From positions 1 to 60,867 of the IMG/VR virus record IMGVR_UViG_3300017989_000014: 60,867 bases of DNA. One strand, written 5' to 3'. The first letter of the stretch is position 1. Every line of letters starts with the position of its first letter. Made by a program: the position numbers and the translations under genes. Below, piece by piece: positions 51,481 to 60,589 of this stretch. Source of the DNA: a virus (Duplodnaviria; Caudoviricetes). The notes beneath the pieces are model-generated. The model was not told the origin of the DNA. It saw nothing but the letters and a program-made list of their open reading frames with translations, and searched no databases.

Positions 51481-53583
51481 TTATTCCGGCCCCATCGGAG
51501 GACCTTGTGGAGGAGCCTCCATGGGTCCACCTTGAGCGGCACCCGCTGCCTGAGCTTCCTCAGCGGCCTGCTGCTTCATTCTCGCTTCTTCTCGTGCGTC
51601 CAGCTCCTCTTCCGACGGGATTATTCCTTCCCGAACGTCTTGCGCCCTGAAGATTTCGCGCAGCAGTTCGGCGCGGCCCTTGATACCCATGATCTGCATG
51701 TCGACCGGGTTCTGGGTCGCGGCGAGGAGTTCCTGTCGTCGAGCAGCCACCTGCTCCTTGATGATTAGGTGCAGCACACCCAGAGGACGAATGCGCACAT
51801 CACCCTTTATCGTCTCGTCAGATGAGTGATCCATGTTGTACTCGAACTGGCGCATCACTACTTCGCTGACAACTTCTTCGTAGATACGCGCAATCACCTT
51901 CCGGATGCCTCTGGCCGCAGAGTTCATGAGCATGGATAGCCCACCCATCGTACGGCCAGCACCAGCAACACGCTCGTTGCCATAGGCATACGCGGGGATT
52001 CCGGTGATGTCGTCCGACAGGCGGATGAACTGATCCAGAATCCTCAGAAGCTCAGGTGCGCGTGACTCGACATTGAAAAACGTCATCGGGGCTCCACCGC
52101 CCGGGGCTCCGGCATTGTTGAACTGCCAAATCTTGAGGGGGTGGATGGCGGTAACCTTCTTCTGGTTAGGGGGCAGCTTCGTGATGTCGTGGATAGCGGC
52201 CTGCGGCCCAGCGGCCAGACCCATATTCACCACCAGGGACCGCACAGCAGCGTTGATAATCTGCTGCGTGTCTTCCATGAGCTGCGGGATACCCTTGCCC
52301 CAGAACCCGCCCGGCACGATAGCGTAGCAGGACTTGGAGTACGGCCTCCGGTCCATCTCGTCCGGATTCGGACGTGCCATGATGAGCGTCTCAGCGCACG
52401 TGATGAGGTTGACCTCGTACTCGCCAAGAGGCTCGATGCCGGAGAAGCCCAGGCTCTCAAGGGCCCGGCCCTGGCCGTCGGCCCAATCCATAAGCAGAGC
52501 GCCCTGCACGCTACCCCAGAAGTTGAGACCTTCGAGCGACTGGTCGCTCTTGTGCTGGTCCTGGGTGTTCTCTCTGCGCTGCTGGAGCCTCTTGCGCTCC
52601 TCGTTGTACTCGTACCCCGTCTCGATCTCGTATCCGGTCATCCCGAAGGTCTGCAGGACTACGTCGATCGCCTCGGAATCGTATCCGGGCTCCTTCTTCA
52701 ACCTGACCAAGTCTGCACGGCTGAGCCGGATCTTCTCGATGAAGAAGCTGCCGTCCTGGCAGGTCGTCGAGTCAGACGATGGGTAAGCATCAAACGGGCT
52801 GATGCACTCGTATTCAGGGCTCAGGTCGTGCGTAATCTGCCGCTTCCACCGCCCCGTCTTCTCGTTCTTGACCCACTTGTAGGTCTTCCTGCGCCGCACG
52901 ATCGGCCCCTTGAGAATGCCGACGTGGAAGGTGCAGAGGTCGCTGATGAATTCGTTGAAAGCCTTGGTGAAGTTCCCCTCGACGAACTGGTCCTTGATTT
53001 TGACCTGCATCCGCTTCGCCGCGTCATCGGCGTGCTTCTTCATGTCCGTCAGGGTGTCGTCCCGTAGCTGCCCGGCGCGCATGGCTATCTCGGATGGGTC
53101 GATAGGCGTGCCCATCCTCTGGCGCTCTTCCAGCCACTCCATGAGCGTCTTCTGGACGATTTGCTGCGTCACGTCCTCAGGCAGGTCCGGTATAGGCGTG
53201 CCCTCCAACCCCCAGGTTTTCTCCTCGGGTGAAGAGAGGATGTCGGAGATCCACGCCTCTGCGGCTCTGCACTTGGTCTCGGTGACCTTCAAGAAGATCG
53301 GCTGGATGCCCTTCTTCTCGATTTTGGCCTTTTTCTCGGCGTCGTAGTAGCCGTCCCGCTGCCGTTGGAACTGCAGCATCTCGTACTGGACGGTCTGCTT
53401 CGCCTCGCTGGCCTGTAGGTACGACTCATGCACGAAGGCAGAAAGCATGGATTTCCAGGGAGAGCCCTGCTCGGCTACTTCCTCCTGGATCGCGGCCTCT
53501 TCCTGCTGAGAAAGCTGTTCAGCAGTCGAGTATTGGATCAGTCCGTGGGTTCCGCGTGTCTGCGTGAACTGCCCACCGTTCAT
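51481..53583 (-). CDS. Portal protein
   Basis: TETKCRAAEAW..D.L, G.LKGP, SPFD.YP, PG.FWG.G, GAGRT.GGLSMLM..A...I; follows terL. Confidence 0.88.
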   Translation of the reverse strand: MNGGQFTQTRGTHGLIQYSTAEQLSQQEEAAIQEEVAEQGSPWKSMLSAFVHESYLQASEAKQTVQYEMLQFQRQRDGYYDAEKKAKIEKKGIQPIFLKVTETKCRAAEAWISDILSSPEEKTWGLEGTPIPDLPEDVTQQIVQKTLMEWLEERQRMGTPIDPSEIAMRAGQLRDDTLTDMKKHADDAAKRMQVKIKDQFVEGNFTKAFNEFISDLCTFHVGILKGPIVRRRKTYKWVKNEKTGRWKRQITHDLSPEYECISPFDAYPSSDSTTCQDGSFFIEKIRLSRADLVRLKKEPGYDSEAIDVVLQTFGMTGYEIETGYEYNEERKRLQQRRENTQDQHKSDQSLEGLNFWGSVQGALLMDWADGQGRALESLGFSGIEPLGEYEVNLITCAETLIMARPNPDEMDRRPYSKSCYAIVPGGFWGKGIPQLMEDTQQIINAAVRSLVVNMGLAAGPQAAIHDITKLPPNQKKVTAIHPLKIWQFNNAGAPGGGAPMTFFNVESRAPELLRILDQFIRLSDDITGIPAYAYGNERVAGAGRTMGGLSMLMNSAARGIRKVIARIYEEVVSEVVMRQFEYNMDHSSDETIKGDVRIRPLGVLHLIIKEQVAARRQELLAATQNPVDMQIMGIKGRAELLREIFRAQDVREGIIPSEEELDAREEARMKQQAAEEAQAAGAAQGGPMEAPPQGPPMGPE

Positions 53584-53651
53584 AAGCTCGGACCTCGCTT
53601 GTAGGCACACCGGGTGCCGCGCAGGATTCCCGAGCTTGAAATCCACCATAG

Positions 53652-53680
53652 AAGGTATCAAATAACGTCAACGCTGTCAA
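53652..53680 (-). promoter_or_regulatory. Sigma70-type promoter for the portal/structural operon
   Basis: TTGACA (53680-53675), 17-nt spacer, TACCTT (53657-53652) with a TGn extension. Confidence 0.6.
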
Positions 53681-53831
53681 GCAACCGTCAAGCAAAGTGG
53701 AAAATAACGCTAAAGCATGACGCCGTGACACCACTTTTTCCCCCTTATGAACACAAAAGGTATAGGGAATATAGAAAGAGAGAGTGTTCTCTTCTGACAA
53801 AGGCAGAAACTTGCCGTCACGCCGTCATGGA

Positions 53832-53847
53832 TGTTCCACGTGGAACA
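53832..53847. promoter_or_regulatory. parS-type palindrome
   Basis: TGTTCCACGTGGAACA matches the bacterial chromosomal parS consensus; intergenic, abutting the terL stop. Confidence 0.8.
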
Positions 53848-55380
53848 TCAAAACCAAGCGTCAACGACGTCGGCGTCTGGCTCGACATCGAAGGCGTGCT
53901 GCCCGCCGTATCCGGTGCCGATTGTGTTTTCGCTCTCGTGGCCACCGCGAGCAGCCAGGGCAGCGTACTGGAGCGCGTCGTGCGCGTGTGAGAAGATGTT
54001 CTTGTCTGGCACCATGGCGTAGCGGGTGGCTCCCGGGACGTTCATTTTGCGCAGGCAGTACTTGCCCATGAATCCGCCCCTCAGCATCCGGCATTCCGGC
54101 GAGAGGGCGAATCCGGGCCGTCCGTCGAGATCGCTCACCATGAGGAAGCTGGCAACCGCGTCACGCCGCTTCTTGAACTTGTTCGTGGAGGCAGGGATGA
54201 TCGGGAGCCCCTCCTCCTTGACAATGCGCATGGCGGTCATCTCGTCGGTTTCTACGCGCTGAGAGCCAGCAGGATCGCCCACAGACATCAGGTGCATTCC
54301 TGGGTACCGGTTGCGCATGAACGGGACAACCATGTTGCGGACGAACCTGCGCACGCCCATATCCTCTGAAATCAGCTCATGTAGCACAACGAACTGCCCA
54401 GTAGAGGTGAGCTGGCAGACTACGCAAGCCGGGTTCAGGCCGAAGTCCCACCCGAGAATTAACGGCAATCCGTAGAGAGGGGTGGGGGGATTCTCAAGTG
54501 CGTGCTTCCCGTCGTTGTACTCCGGATAAATTGGCTTTCCGGCCTGGATTACGCCGTATTCGCCCTGGATGAAGACCTTGATCCACTCGCGGTCCTTGCC
54601 GGGGATCTGCCGCATGTAGTAGTCGAAACCGCTGTTGTGGTTGACGATATTTTCCGCAGCGGGGATTCCAGGGACCTGTCCGGCATTCGGGACGTAGATC
54701 GGCTCCGTCTCGTCATCATGCTCCGGATTCATGAGGATCAGGCCCGGAGGCTGCTTGAAGAATATCATCTCCCTCGGCCGCTTCTCCTCGGCGATCTCGT
54801 ACCACCAGGAGTCAGTGTCTGGAGGGTTCGTATCCATGATGACACCCGTCCAGGTCGTCCCGCCGAGCTTCTTGGAGGGGTAGCGGTCGACGCGGCCAGT
54901 CAGCATGTCGAAAACAGACTTCGGTATTTCGCACGCTTCGTTGATCCATCCGCCGGTCAATTCAAGCGATTTGAGCTTCCTGACGTCCTCATCTCGGTCG
55001 CAGGCCAGGAAGATGACCTCCATGTCCAGCGCCGTGCCGTCGCCGATGTCCGGGATCTTCATGCGCCCCGTGATCGGGGAGCCCCGGGTAATTGGGCAGA
55101 TCTTGCGACCACATCCGTCCTGCTCGGGAACCCACTCAGTCCAGGTCTTGATCGTCGTGCTCAAGAGTTCTGGATACGTGTTTCGGATGATCGCCCAACG
55201 ACTCCTGCGGACTCCCCGAAACGGCTTTTGCCGTAGGGCACGCATGTATATCTCGACACAACAAGCACTCGACTTGCCGCTCCCGATAGGCCCCATAATG
55301 CCCCGCACGAAATGCTGGGAAGCATGGAACAGCTTCGGGGTGGCCTCAGGCGTGTACTTGATGTATTCGGTTTCCGGCAT
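53848..55380 (-). CDS. terL: Terminase large subunit
   Basis: GPIGSGKS, RNTYPEL..TT.KTW, WINEA.E, DTNPP, GWDFGLNPA, SH.HDALQY. Confidence 0.95.
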   Translation of the reverse strand: MPETEYIKYTPEATPKLFHASQHFVRGIMGPIGSGKSSACCVEIYMRALRQKPFRGVRRSRWAIIRNTYPELLSTTIKTWTEWVPEQDGCGRKICPITRGSPITGRMKIPDIGDGTALDMEVIFLACDRDEDVRKLKSLELTGGWINEACEIPKSVFDMLTGRVDRYPSKKLGGTTWTGVIMDTNPPDTDSWWYEIAEEKRPREMIFFKQPPGLILMNPEHDDETEPIYVPNAGQVPGIPAAENIVNHNSGFDYYMRQIPGKDREWIKVFIQGEYGVIQAGKPIYPEYNDGKHALENPPTPLYGLPLILGWDFGLNPACVVCQLTSTGQFVVLHELISEDMGVRRFVRNMVVPFMRNRYPGMHLMSVGDPAGSQRVETDEMTAMRIVKEEGLPIIPASTNKFKKRRDAVASFLMVSDLDGRPGFALSPECRMLRGGFMGKYCLRKMNVPGATRYAMVPDKNIFSHAHDALQYAALAARGGHESENTIGTGYGGQHAFDVEPDADVVDAWF

Positions 55381-55626
55381 CTAGAACTGACGCTCCTTCT
55401 TCTTGATCTTGGCCACGGCTTTGTTGACGTGTCCTATCTGCCGCTTTGCCTTGCTGACATTCCGGTGACCACCGCCATCTAGCGGCTTGCTGTTGGAATT
55501 CAGCGAGACCTCGCCCGTAGTTGAATCGACCACCCGCCATAGAGCCCCTACCTTCCGGACCTGCACGAACACGTCGTCCGGAATATCTGCTTCTGCGTCG
55601 TAGAGATCGTAATCTTCAACCATCAC
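55381..55626 (-). CDS. Hypothetical protein (DGGGH motif)
   Basis: 81 aa, abuts the terL start. Confidence 0.6.
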   Translation of the reverse strand: MMVEDYDLYDAEADIPDDVFVQVRKVGALWRVVDSTTGEVSLNSNSKPLDGGGHRNVSKAKRQIGHVNKAVAKIKKKERQF

Positions 55627-55784
55627 TCACCCTCCACAAACTCAAGGGTTCCGGAGTTATACGCTCGTTTTATCCGGCGGAAGAAGTTCTGGAACGTCTG
55701 CCCCGGGACCTTCTGGCGCTGCGGCATCGCGTTCCATGTTCGCAGTGCGATTGTCCGCAACCATTTTGCGCGCTTGCTGTTCAT
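55623..55784 (-). CDS. Small basic protein (MNSKRAKWLR...RRIKRAY)
   Basis: GGAGAGG SD; overlaps the tail of the upstream ORF. Confidence 0.55.
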   Translation of the reverse strand: MNSKRAKWLRTIALRTWNAMPQRQKVPGQTFQNFFRRIKRAYNSGTLEFVEGE

Positions 55785-56094
55785 TCGGTGCCTCTCCTGT
55801 GCAATGTGTCGAATCGATAAAGACCGGAGCGCCCGGCCCCATATATCGAGCGCCACGCGCTATATTGTACTCGAACCATTCGATCGCCTCGGGGAGGTTT
55901 AGCCCTTGCGTCATCAGCTTATTTAGTATCTTGGTCTCGTCATAGACTACGACCGGCTGATCGACATCGTGCATGACTCCTACGATAGCTTTGTCGTACC
56001 CGTAGCGCGCCTCCCCTTCCGCCCCGAACACGTCCAGGAACATCAGTTCGACGCCGTACCAGTCCGCCAGTCTGTCTCTCCAGGACTGATTCAT
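55657..56094 (-). CDS. Conserved phage hypothetical protein
   Basis: GYD.AIVG...VVYD..KI...L...EAIEWFEYN......G..P.F. Confidence 0.7.
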   Translation of the reverse strand: MNQSWRDRLADWYGVELMFLDVFGAEGEARYGYDKAIVGVMHDVDQPVVVYDETKILNKLMTQGLNLPEAIEWFEYNIARGARYMGPGAPVFIDSTHCTGEAPNEQQARKMVADNRTANMERDAAAPEGPGADVPELLPPDKTSV

Positions 56095-56546
56095 TCCTTG
56101 GTCTCCTCGGGAAAATCGCTCTTCTCAGCGGCGGGAGCGGGCTTCTTCGCGGCCTTCTTGCGGCGCGGGCGCTTCTTCTCTGCATTTCGGTTCTCCGCAA
56201 TTCGGGAGAGGGAGCGCATCATGACGTCACCCACCGCGAGGATCGCCGCAGGAGCGAGCTTCCCTGGCCCCAGGACGGTCGAATAGTGGTGCATCGTCGC
56301 CAGGAGCATCATGTTCAGCTCGTCGAGCTTCTGATCCTTCTCAACCACTGGCTGCGAGAACACCACGAGTCGGCTGAACTTGTCTTCGCCGCGACCCTTG
56401 TTGTCGACCTCAATCTCGTGCTCCCGGTCCATATCGAAGCCGTGGTGCGCGAGGAACCCCTGGACCTCGTCGTTCGAGTCCACGTCCTCGATCTCCACCG
56501 CCAGGAACACCCGACCGTCAGCCTGCCACCTGTTCGTCGCTTTCAT
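56091..56546 (-). CDS. Hypothetical protein
   Basis: 151 aa, SD, ATGA coupling. Confidence 0.65.
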   Translation of the reverse strand: MKATNRWQADGRVFLAVEIEDVDSNDEVQGFLAHHGFDMDREHEIEVDNKGRGEDKFSRLVVFSQPVVEKDQKLDELNMMLLATMHHYSTVLGPGKLAPAAILAVGDVMMRSLSRIAENRNAEKKRPRRKKAAKKPAPAAEKSDFPEETKE

Positions 56547-56913
56547 TGAACTCCCTTCTTATGTCTACCGCTACCCCAGCGGGTGACGCCACGGACAACG
56601 AGTCCATGCCGCACTCTTCCGTAACCGCAAGAAGCCTCTCTGCATCTTGCGAAATTCGTCGTACGAGCTTCGAGATGACCGGACGGTACTGACTCGGCAC
56701 CTGCTCCGGAGAGACCTCATCATGCGGGTCTACTCCGTCGTGCTTCATGAGCATGTACCTGGAGTCGTAGTAGCCCAGCTCGTACGCTACACAGGCTGGC
56801 ACGTCGCAAGAGAAGTGGTCTGACGCCTGCCTCTCCATCACCTGGGCGACGTGGAGAACCTCAGGCCACAGCTTCCGCCCTGTCAGCAGCCTCTCGTCAA
56901 TCATCGTTTCCAT
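56518..56913 (-). CDS. Hypothetical protein
   Basis: Co-directional ORF with natural composition. Confidence 0.55.
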   Translation of the reverse strand: METMIDERLLTGRKLWPEVLHVAQVMERQASDHFSCDVPACVAYELGYYDSRYMLMKHDGVDPHDEVSPEQVPSQYRPVISKLVRRISQDAERLLAVTEECGMDSLSVASPAGVAVDIRREFNESDEQVAG

Positions 56914-56915
56914 GG

Positions 56916-57323
56916 TCAATACTCGAACAGTATGCCGGTCTTCCCGTGCCACGTGATTGGACGCTTCGGTTTACCTTTCCAGATCGTTGTCCCGCTGACC
57001 TCATCCTTGTGGATCAGCGCATGATTTCCGGCGTGCGAGCGGCACCTGCGTGCCGCCGCACTCCAGGTGTGAACTTGGCCATCGACGGCAATATGGCCAG
57101 AACGGATACGAATCCCATCGTACGGTTCTTCCTCTTCTTCGACCGGTGGTGCCGGGGGAGCCTCAGTGACGGGGCAGGCTGGAACCCCGTCGGGAGGAGT
57201 GCTTGCTGGGGTAGCGTTCTCCCCCGGCGCGACCGATTCCACGATCTCGGGTATATCCGGGAGCGTGGTTGATCTACATCCGATTACGAGTGAGATCAAG
57301 AAGACGAGCGCCGTGCTTTTCAT
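56916..57323 (-). CDS. Predicted lipoprotein
   Basis: MKSTALVFLISLVIG-C lipobox-like start, Pro-rich linker. Confidence 0.6.
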   Translation of the reverse strand: MKSTALVFLISLVIGCRSTTLPDIPEIVESVAPGENATPASTPPDGVPACPVTEAPPAPPVEEEEEPYDGIRIRSGHIAVDGQVHTWSAAARRCRSHAGNHALIHKDEVSGTTIWKGKPKRPITWHGKTGILFEY

Positions 57324-57555
57324 ACATCACCTTGTGGTCGTTGCAGCAGAAGGTCTCTTTCGCTTCTGCACACCATCCATCCGGCAAACCTACCTTCCCT
57401 GCAGGCTTGCAGGTCGTGGTGCCGCAAAAAGAGCAGTGGAACCAGTCGAAATCCCCATATAGGACCCTGAGAGTTCGTAGCCGCAGGTACAGTCGTACGC
57501 CCATAATGATCGCCGCAAGTGCCAATATCGTTAGGACTGTCAGGATCGGCTTCAT
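57274..57555 (-). CDS. Membrane-anchored Zn-finger protein
   Basis: N-terminal TM helix; CSFC...LPDGW...FCC. Confidence 0.55.
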   Translation of the reverse strand: MKPILTVLTILALAAIIMGVRLYLRLRTLRVLYGDFDWFHCSFCGTTTCKPAGKVGLPDGWCAEAKETFCCNDHKVMYEKHGARLLDLTRNRM

Positions 57556-57749
57556 GATGCGCGCTTCGCTTTAGAGTATCCACAGGCAGGACACTCCCCC
57601 TTTTCGACTGATTCCATTGCCCAAGCTGTTTTGTTCTTCTTCGCGATCTCGCTGAGAAGGCCGGTAGCCTTGTCGGCGTACAACCAGACCCAGCCGCAAG
57701 AGGAGCATCGGAAGCCCTTGTCTCGCGGTGGGTCTGGGATACAGATCAC
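57552..57749 (-). CDS. Small Zn-ribbon protein
   Basis: CSSC...CPAC. Confidence 0.6.
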   Translation of the reverse strand: MICIPDPPRDKGFRCSSCGWVWLYADKATGLLSEIAKKNKTAWAMESVEKGECPACGYSKAKRAS

Positions 57750-57752
57750 GTG

Positions 57753-57968
57753 TTACCTCGCCATCTGTCCGGGTCCGTACTGGTTGCCTGCGCCACCGGG
57801 GCCGTAGGCCATGTTGGGGCGCTTCTTGGTGGCACTGGACGAGCCGTAAGTCATGGGGCACTTGCAGCGGTGAGCTTCGTGGTTGGTGCGGCCAACCTTG
57901 TAGCACTGGGAGTGGGAGGATTTCCCCCCCGTACCGCCGTGGCTGCTCTTCTGGTCGTACTGCTTCAT
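57753..57968 (-). CDS. Small Gly/basic hypothetical protein
   Basis: AAAGGAG SD; low complexity. Confidence 0.45.
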   Translation of the reverse strand: MKQYDQKSSHGGTGGKSSHSQCYKVGRTNHEAHRCKCPMTYGSSSATKKRPNMAYGPGGAGNQYGPGQMAR

Positions 57969-57998
57969 CTCTCTGGTCTCCTTTGCCCTGGTGGGCGG

Positions 57999-58685
57999 TT
58001 ACATGATGCTGTCGGGGTCGGAGGGGCTTCTGGTGCCCATGATGAGGGACTCGTAGTCTTCGCCGAACTTGTCCTTCATGAGTTCGTCGGTGCGGGCATC
58101 GATGAGGTCGTCCGAGACGCCGAACTTGGAGAGTTGGCCACGGATGTTGTCCCTGGCCTCCTGGATTTCATCCATTGCTTGGCCCTGGCGACGTTCGAAC
58201 TGCTCCCTGCCACGGTAGAGGCCGTAGAGTGCCTTGATGATACCGCCTCGACCTTCGGGCGTCCGAGTGCGCAGGAGGTCCTCGTAGGACGGCCCTTTGC
58301 CCTTTCCGGGTTTATAGAACCGGTTGTCGGTTGGGGCAGTCGGAGTCGGAGCCCACCCATCTTCCCCGATACGGCTGAATATATTGCCCTCCCCCGGCTG
58401 AGTCAGCGGGCCTTTTCTCCCTTTATCCGACCCGATCCCGCTGTCGGGCATGGGCTGACGCGGCTCCTCGGGTTCGGTATCCCAGTGTCCGATATCGCCC
58501 TCATCAAGCGGTCCTCGGCCGAGTTCCTTGCGTTTCTGGTCGCGTTTCGCTGCTCCCGACGGGGGCATACGGCGATCGAGGGGATGTTGCCCACCCCTGA
58601 CCTTATTCTGCATCGCCATACCCATCCCTACCATGGAGGCTCCGCCGATGATCCTCTTGAGGATCTTGTTACGTGAGGTTCCCAT
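57999..58685 (-). CDS. Hypothetical, largely disordered protein
   Basis: 228 aa, GAGG SD. Confidence 0.6.
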   Translation of the reverse strand: MGTSRNKILKRIIGGASMVGMGMAMQNKVRGGQHPLDRRMPPSGAAKRDQKRKELGRGPLDEGDIGHWDTEPEEPRQPMPDSGIGSDKGRKGPLTQPGEGNIFSRIGEDGWAPTPTAPTDNRFYKPGKGKGPSYEDLLRTRTPEGRGGIIKALYGLYRGREQFERRQGQAMDEIQEARDNIRGQLSKFGVSDDLIDARTDELMKDKFGEDYESLIMGTRSPSDPDSIM

Positions 58686-58842
58686 TTCTTCCTCTCCTTT
58701 CGCAGAGCCGGGAGCAGAACGTCTCGCCAGTGCTGTGGTTCTTCCTCCAACTGCCGGGCATCGTCTGTCGCATTTTACTACAACAAACGAGCACCCAGCA
58801 GGCTGCGCACTGGTACCAGACGTTTTGGTTCTCGTCCGTCAC
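58669..58842 (-). CDS. Small Zn-finger protein
   Basis: CAAC...MPGSW...FCSRLC; GTG start. Confidence 0.5.
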   Translation of the reverse strand: MTDENQNVWYQCAACWVLVCCSKMRQTMPGSWRKNHSTGETFCSRLCERRGRNGNLT

Positions 58843-58846
58843 GGCT

Positions 58847-59119
58847 CTACCTTCCTGGTCTCCTGAGTGCCGGGCCACTGAATCCGACCATTTCCTGCTT
58901 CATCGCGGTCTTGCGGCCGGGCTTGACCTTGACAGCTTTGCCAACCATGGCGACCTTCTTGCCGGGCTTGGGCTTCTTGACCTTGACCGGCTTGCCGACC
59001 ATCTTCGTGGCTTTCCCAACACCCTTCCCCATCTTGCTGGGGCCGACCTTGCGGCCACCAGTTGCTTTCGAGGGGCGGGCAGGCTTGCTCGGGCGATACG
59101 GTCGCGGGGTCCTGGGCAT
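58847..59119 (-). CDS. Highly basic Lys/Pro/Gly-rich protein (90 aa)
   Basis: AGGAG SD; repeats MVGKPVKVK and MVGKAVKVK. Confidence 0.6.
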   Translation of the reverse strand: MPRTPRPYRPSKPARPSKATGGRKVGPSKMGKGVGKATKMVGKPVKVKKPKPGKKVAMVGKAVKVKPGRKTAMKQEMVGFSGPALRRPGR

Positions 59120-59141
59120 GTCTCTCTCCTGGTTACGGGTC

Positions 59142-59948
59142 CTATTCCATTTCCACCTTCGGTACGAACATCCACCGGCTCGTCGCGTCGTCCCACTGCT
59201 GAAGCAGGTACCTGCCGTCAACCTTCACAAAACGAAGACTCGACTCGTGGTTCGCAGGAGCGTCGTGCTTCTTCTCCAACACTCCCAACCGAGAAAGGAT
59301 CTGGTTGTTGACGTACGACATACTGTGGCCAAGGTTGTTCCGAGCCTTCTCCGCACCAGCGATATCCTTCTCCATCGTCTCAAAACTACGCTCCAACTCC
59401 TCGATCCGTGTCAGGACCGCATCGAACTCCACCACCGTTGCCCCGCTCGACTTCTCGCACCGAATATCGAGGCAGTTCAACTTGTCCTGCAGCCTGTTGA
59501 TGTTGTTCCCGTCCTTCATCAGCAGGTCCATGTGCAGCTCCTGGCGCTCCTTCATCTCCTCCACAGTATCCTGTAGATCAGATGCACGCTCGAGCTTACG
59601 CACCGACTCGCGTGCTTCACGCGCAATCGCTTCAGCACGGTCATACCGGACCTTCACAAGCTTCTTCAGCTCGTCCAGACCCGCCCGCGCTTCTCTCTCA
59701 CGCTTCTCCAATCCATCAAGCCGCTTGCTGTGGCAAGAGGTGATGAACTTGCTACTCGAATGGTTGTTCTCGCTCGTGAGCGCCTTCTGCTCAAGCACAC
59801 CCACCCGCCCCCGCAGCGAGTCATCAACGTACGGCTTCCACGCCGCATACAACTCCGGGCCCATCACGCACCTGTCACTCGGCACATCTTGCCCCACCTC
59901 CACCACGCACGGCCCAAATTCACCGCAATTACTGCAAATACACTTCAT
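59142..59948 (-). CDS. Coiled-coil protein with N-terminal Cys domain
   Basis: CSNC...CVV...C followed by long heptads. Confidence 0.65.
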   Translation of the reverse strand: MKCICSNCGEFGPCVVEVGQDVPSDRCVMGPELYAAWKPYVDDSLRGRVGVLEQKALTSENNHSSSKFITSCHSKRLDGLEKREREARAGLDELKKLVKVRYDRAEAIAREARESVRKLERASDLQDTVEEMKERQELHMDLLMKDGNNINRLQDKLNCLDIRCEKSSGATVVEFDAVLTRIEELERSFETMEKDIAGAEKARNNLGHSMSYVNNQILSRLGVLEKKHDAPANHESSLRFVKVDGRYLLQQWDDATSRWMFVPKVEME

Positions 59949-60160
59949 TCCACCAACCCCCTCGCTGCCCTCAGCAGCCTCGTAGCCATCCAGCAACCAA
60001 CCCCCTGCTTCTCCTCAACCCACTCCGGCCTCACTCCCTCCCCCACACGCACAGGGCACACCTCAGGCTCGCTCTCGTGCATCACCACGCAGCTACCGTA
60101 CCCATGCGCCTTCTTCACCCCAGCCTCATCCGAGCATTTCGTGCAGTGCCACTCCCTCAT
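59945..60160 (-). CDS. Small Cys-containing protein
   Basis: CTKC...CVV...CP; ATGA coupling on both sides. Confidence 0.5.
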   Translation of the reverse strand: MREWHCTKCSDEAGVKKAHGYGSCVVMHESEPEVCPVRVGEGVRPEWVEEKQGVGCWMATRLLRAARGLVE

Positions 60161-60345
60161 TCCGCCATCCTCAATCCCAGCTCCCTCAAACACCCAGCAC
60201 TACACACGTGCCACCCATCACCAGGACTCTTCGGCGATGAAACCACGTACCAGTCATCCGGTAACATCGCGTTGTACAACGCATCCAGCCCAGCCTCAGC
60301 CGTCACCCCACACACATCGCAATCAACCACCCTCCGAAAACTCAT
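60157..60345 (-). CDS. Small Zn-finger protein
   Basis: CDVC...LPDDW...VCSAGC. Confidence 0.6.
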   Translation of the reverse strand: MSFRRVVDCDVCGVTAEAGLDALYNAMLPDDWYVVSSPKSPGDGWHVCSAGCLRELGLRMAE

Positions 60346-60589
60346 TCACCAACTCCTTGGCTTTCTTTTTCGCATTTCTGAGACCTAAGGGGGTTCTCAG
60401 CACATTTCATAATTTTTCGCATAAGGGAGAAAAATACTGGCGTGTCGAGCGCGGGGGACCCCGATATGAAGTTTGACCCCGGCGAGCGCAAAAAATGGTC
60501 CCGCCCCCCCCCGCCCTGCGGGCCGTGCTCTGGAGTGAAAAGAGCGACCTGCGGGGAAAAAGCGAAGCAAGCGAATGAACCGAGTGGAG

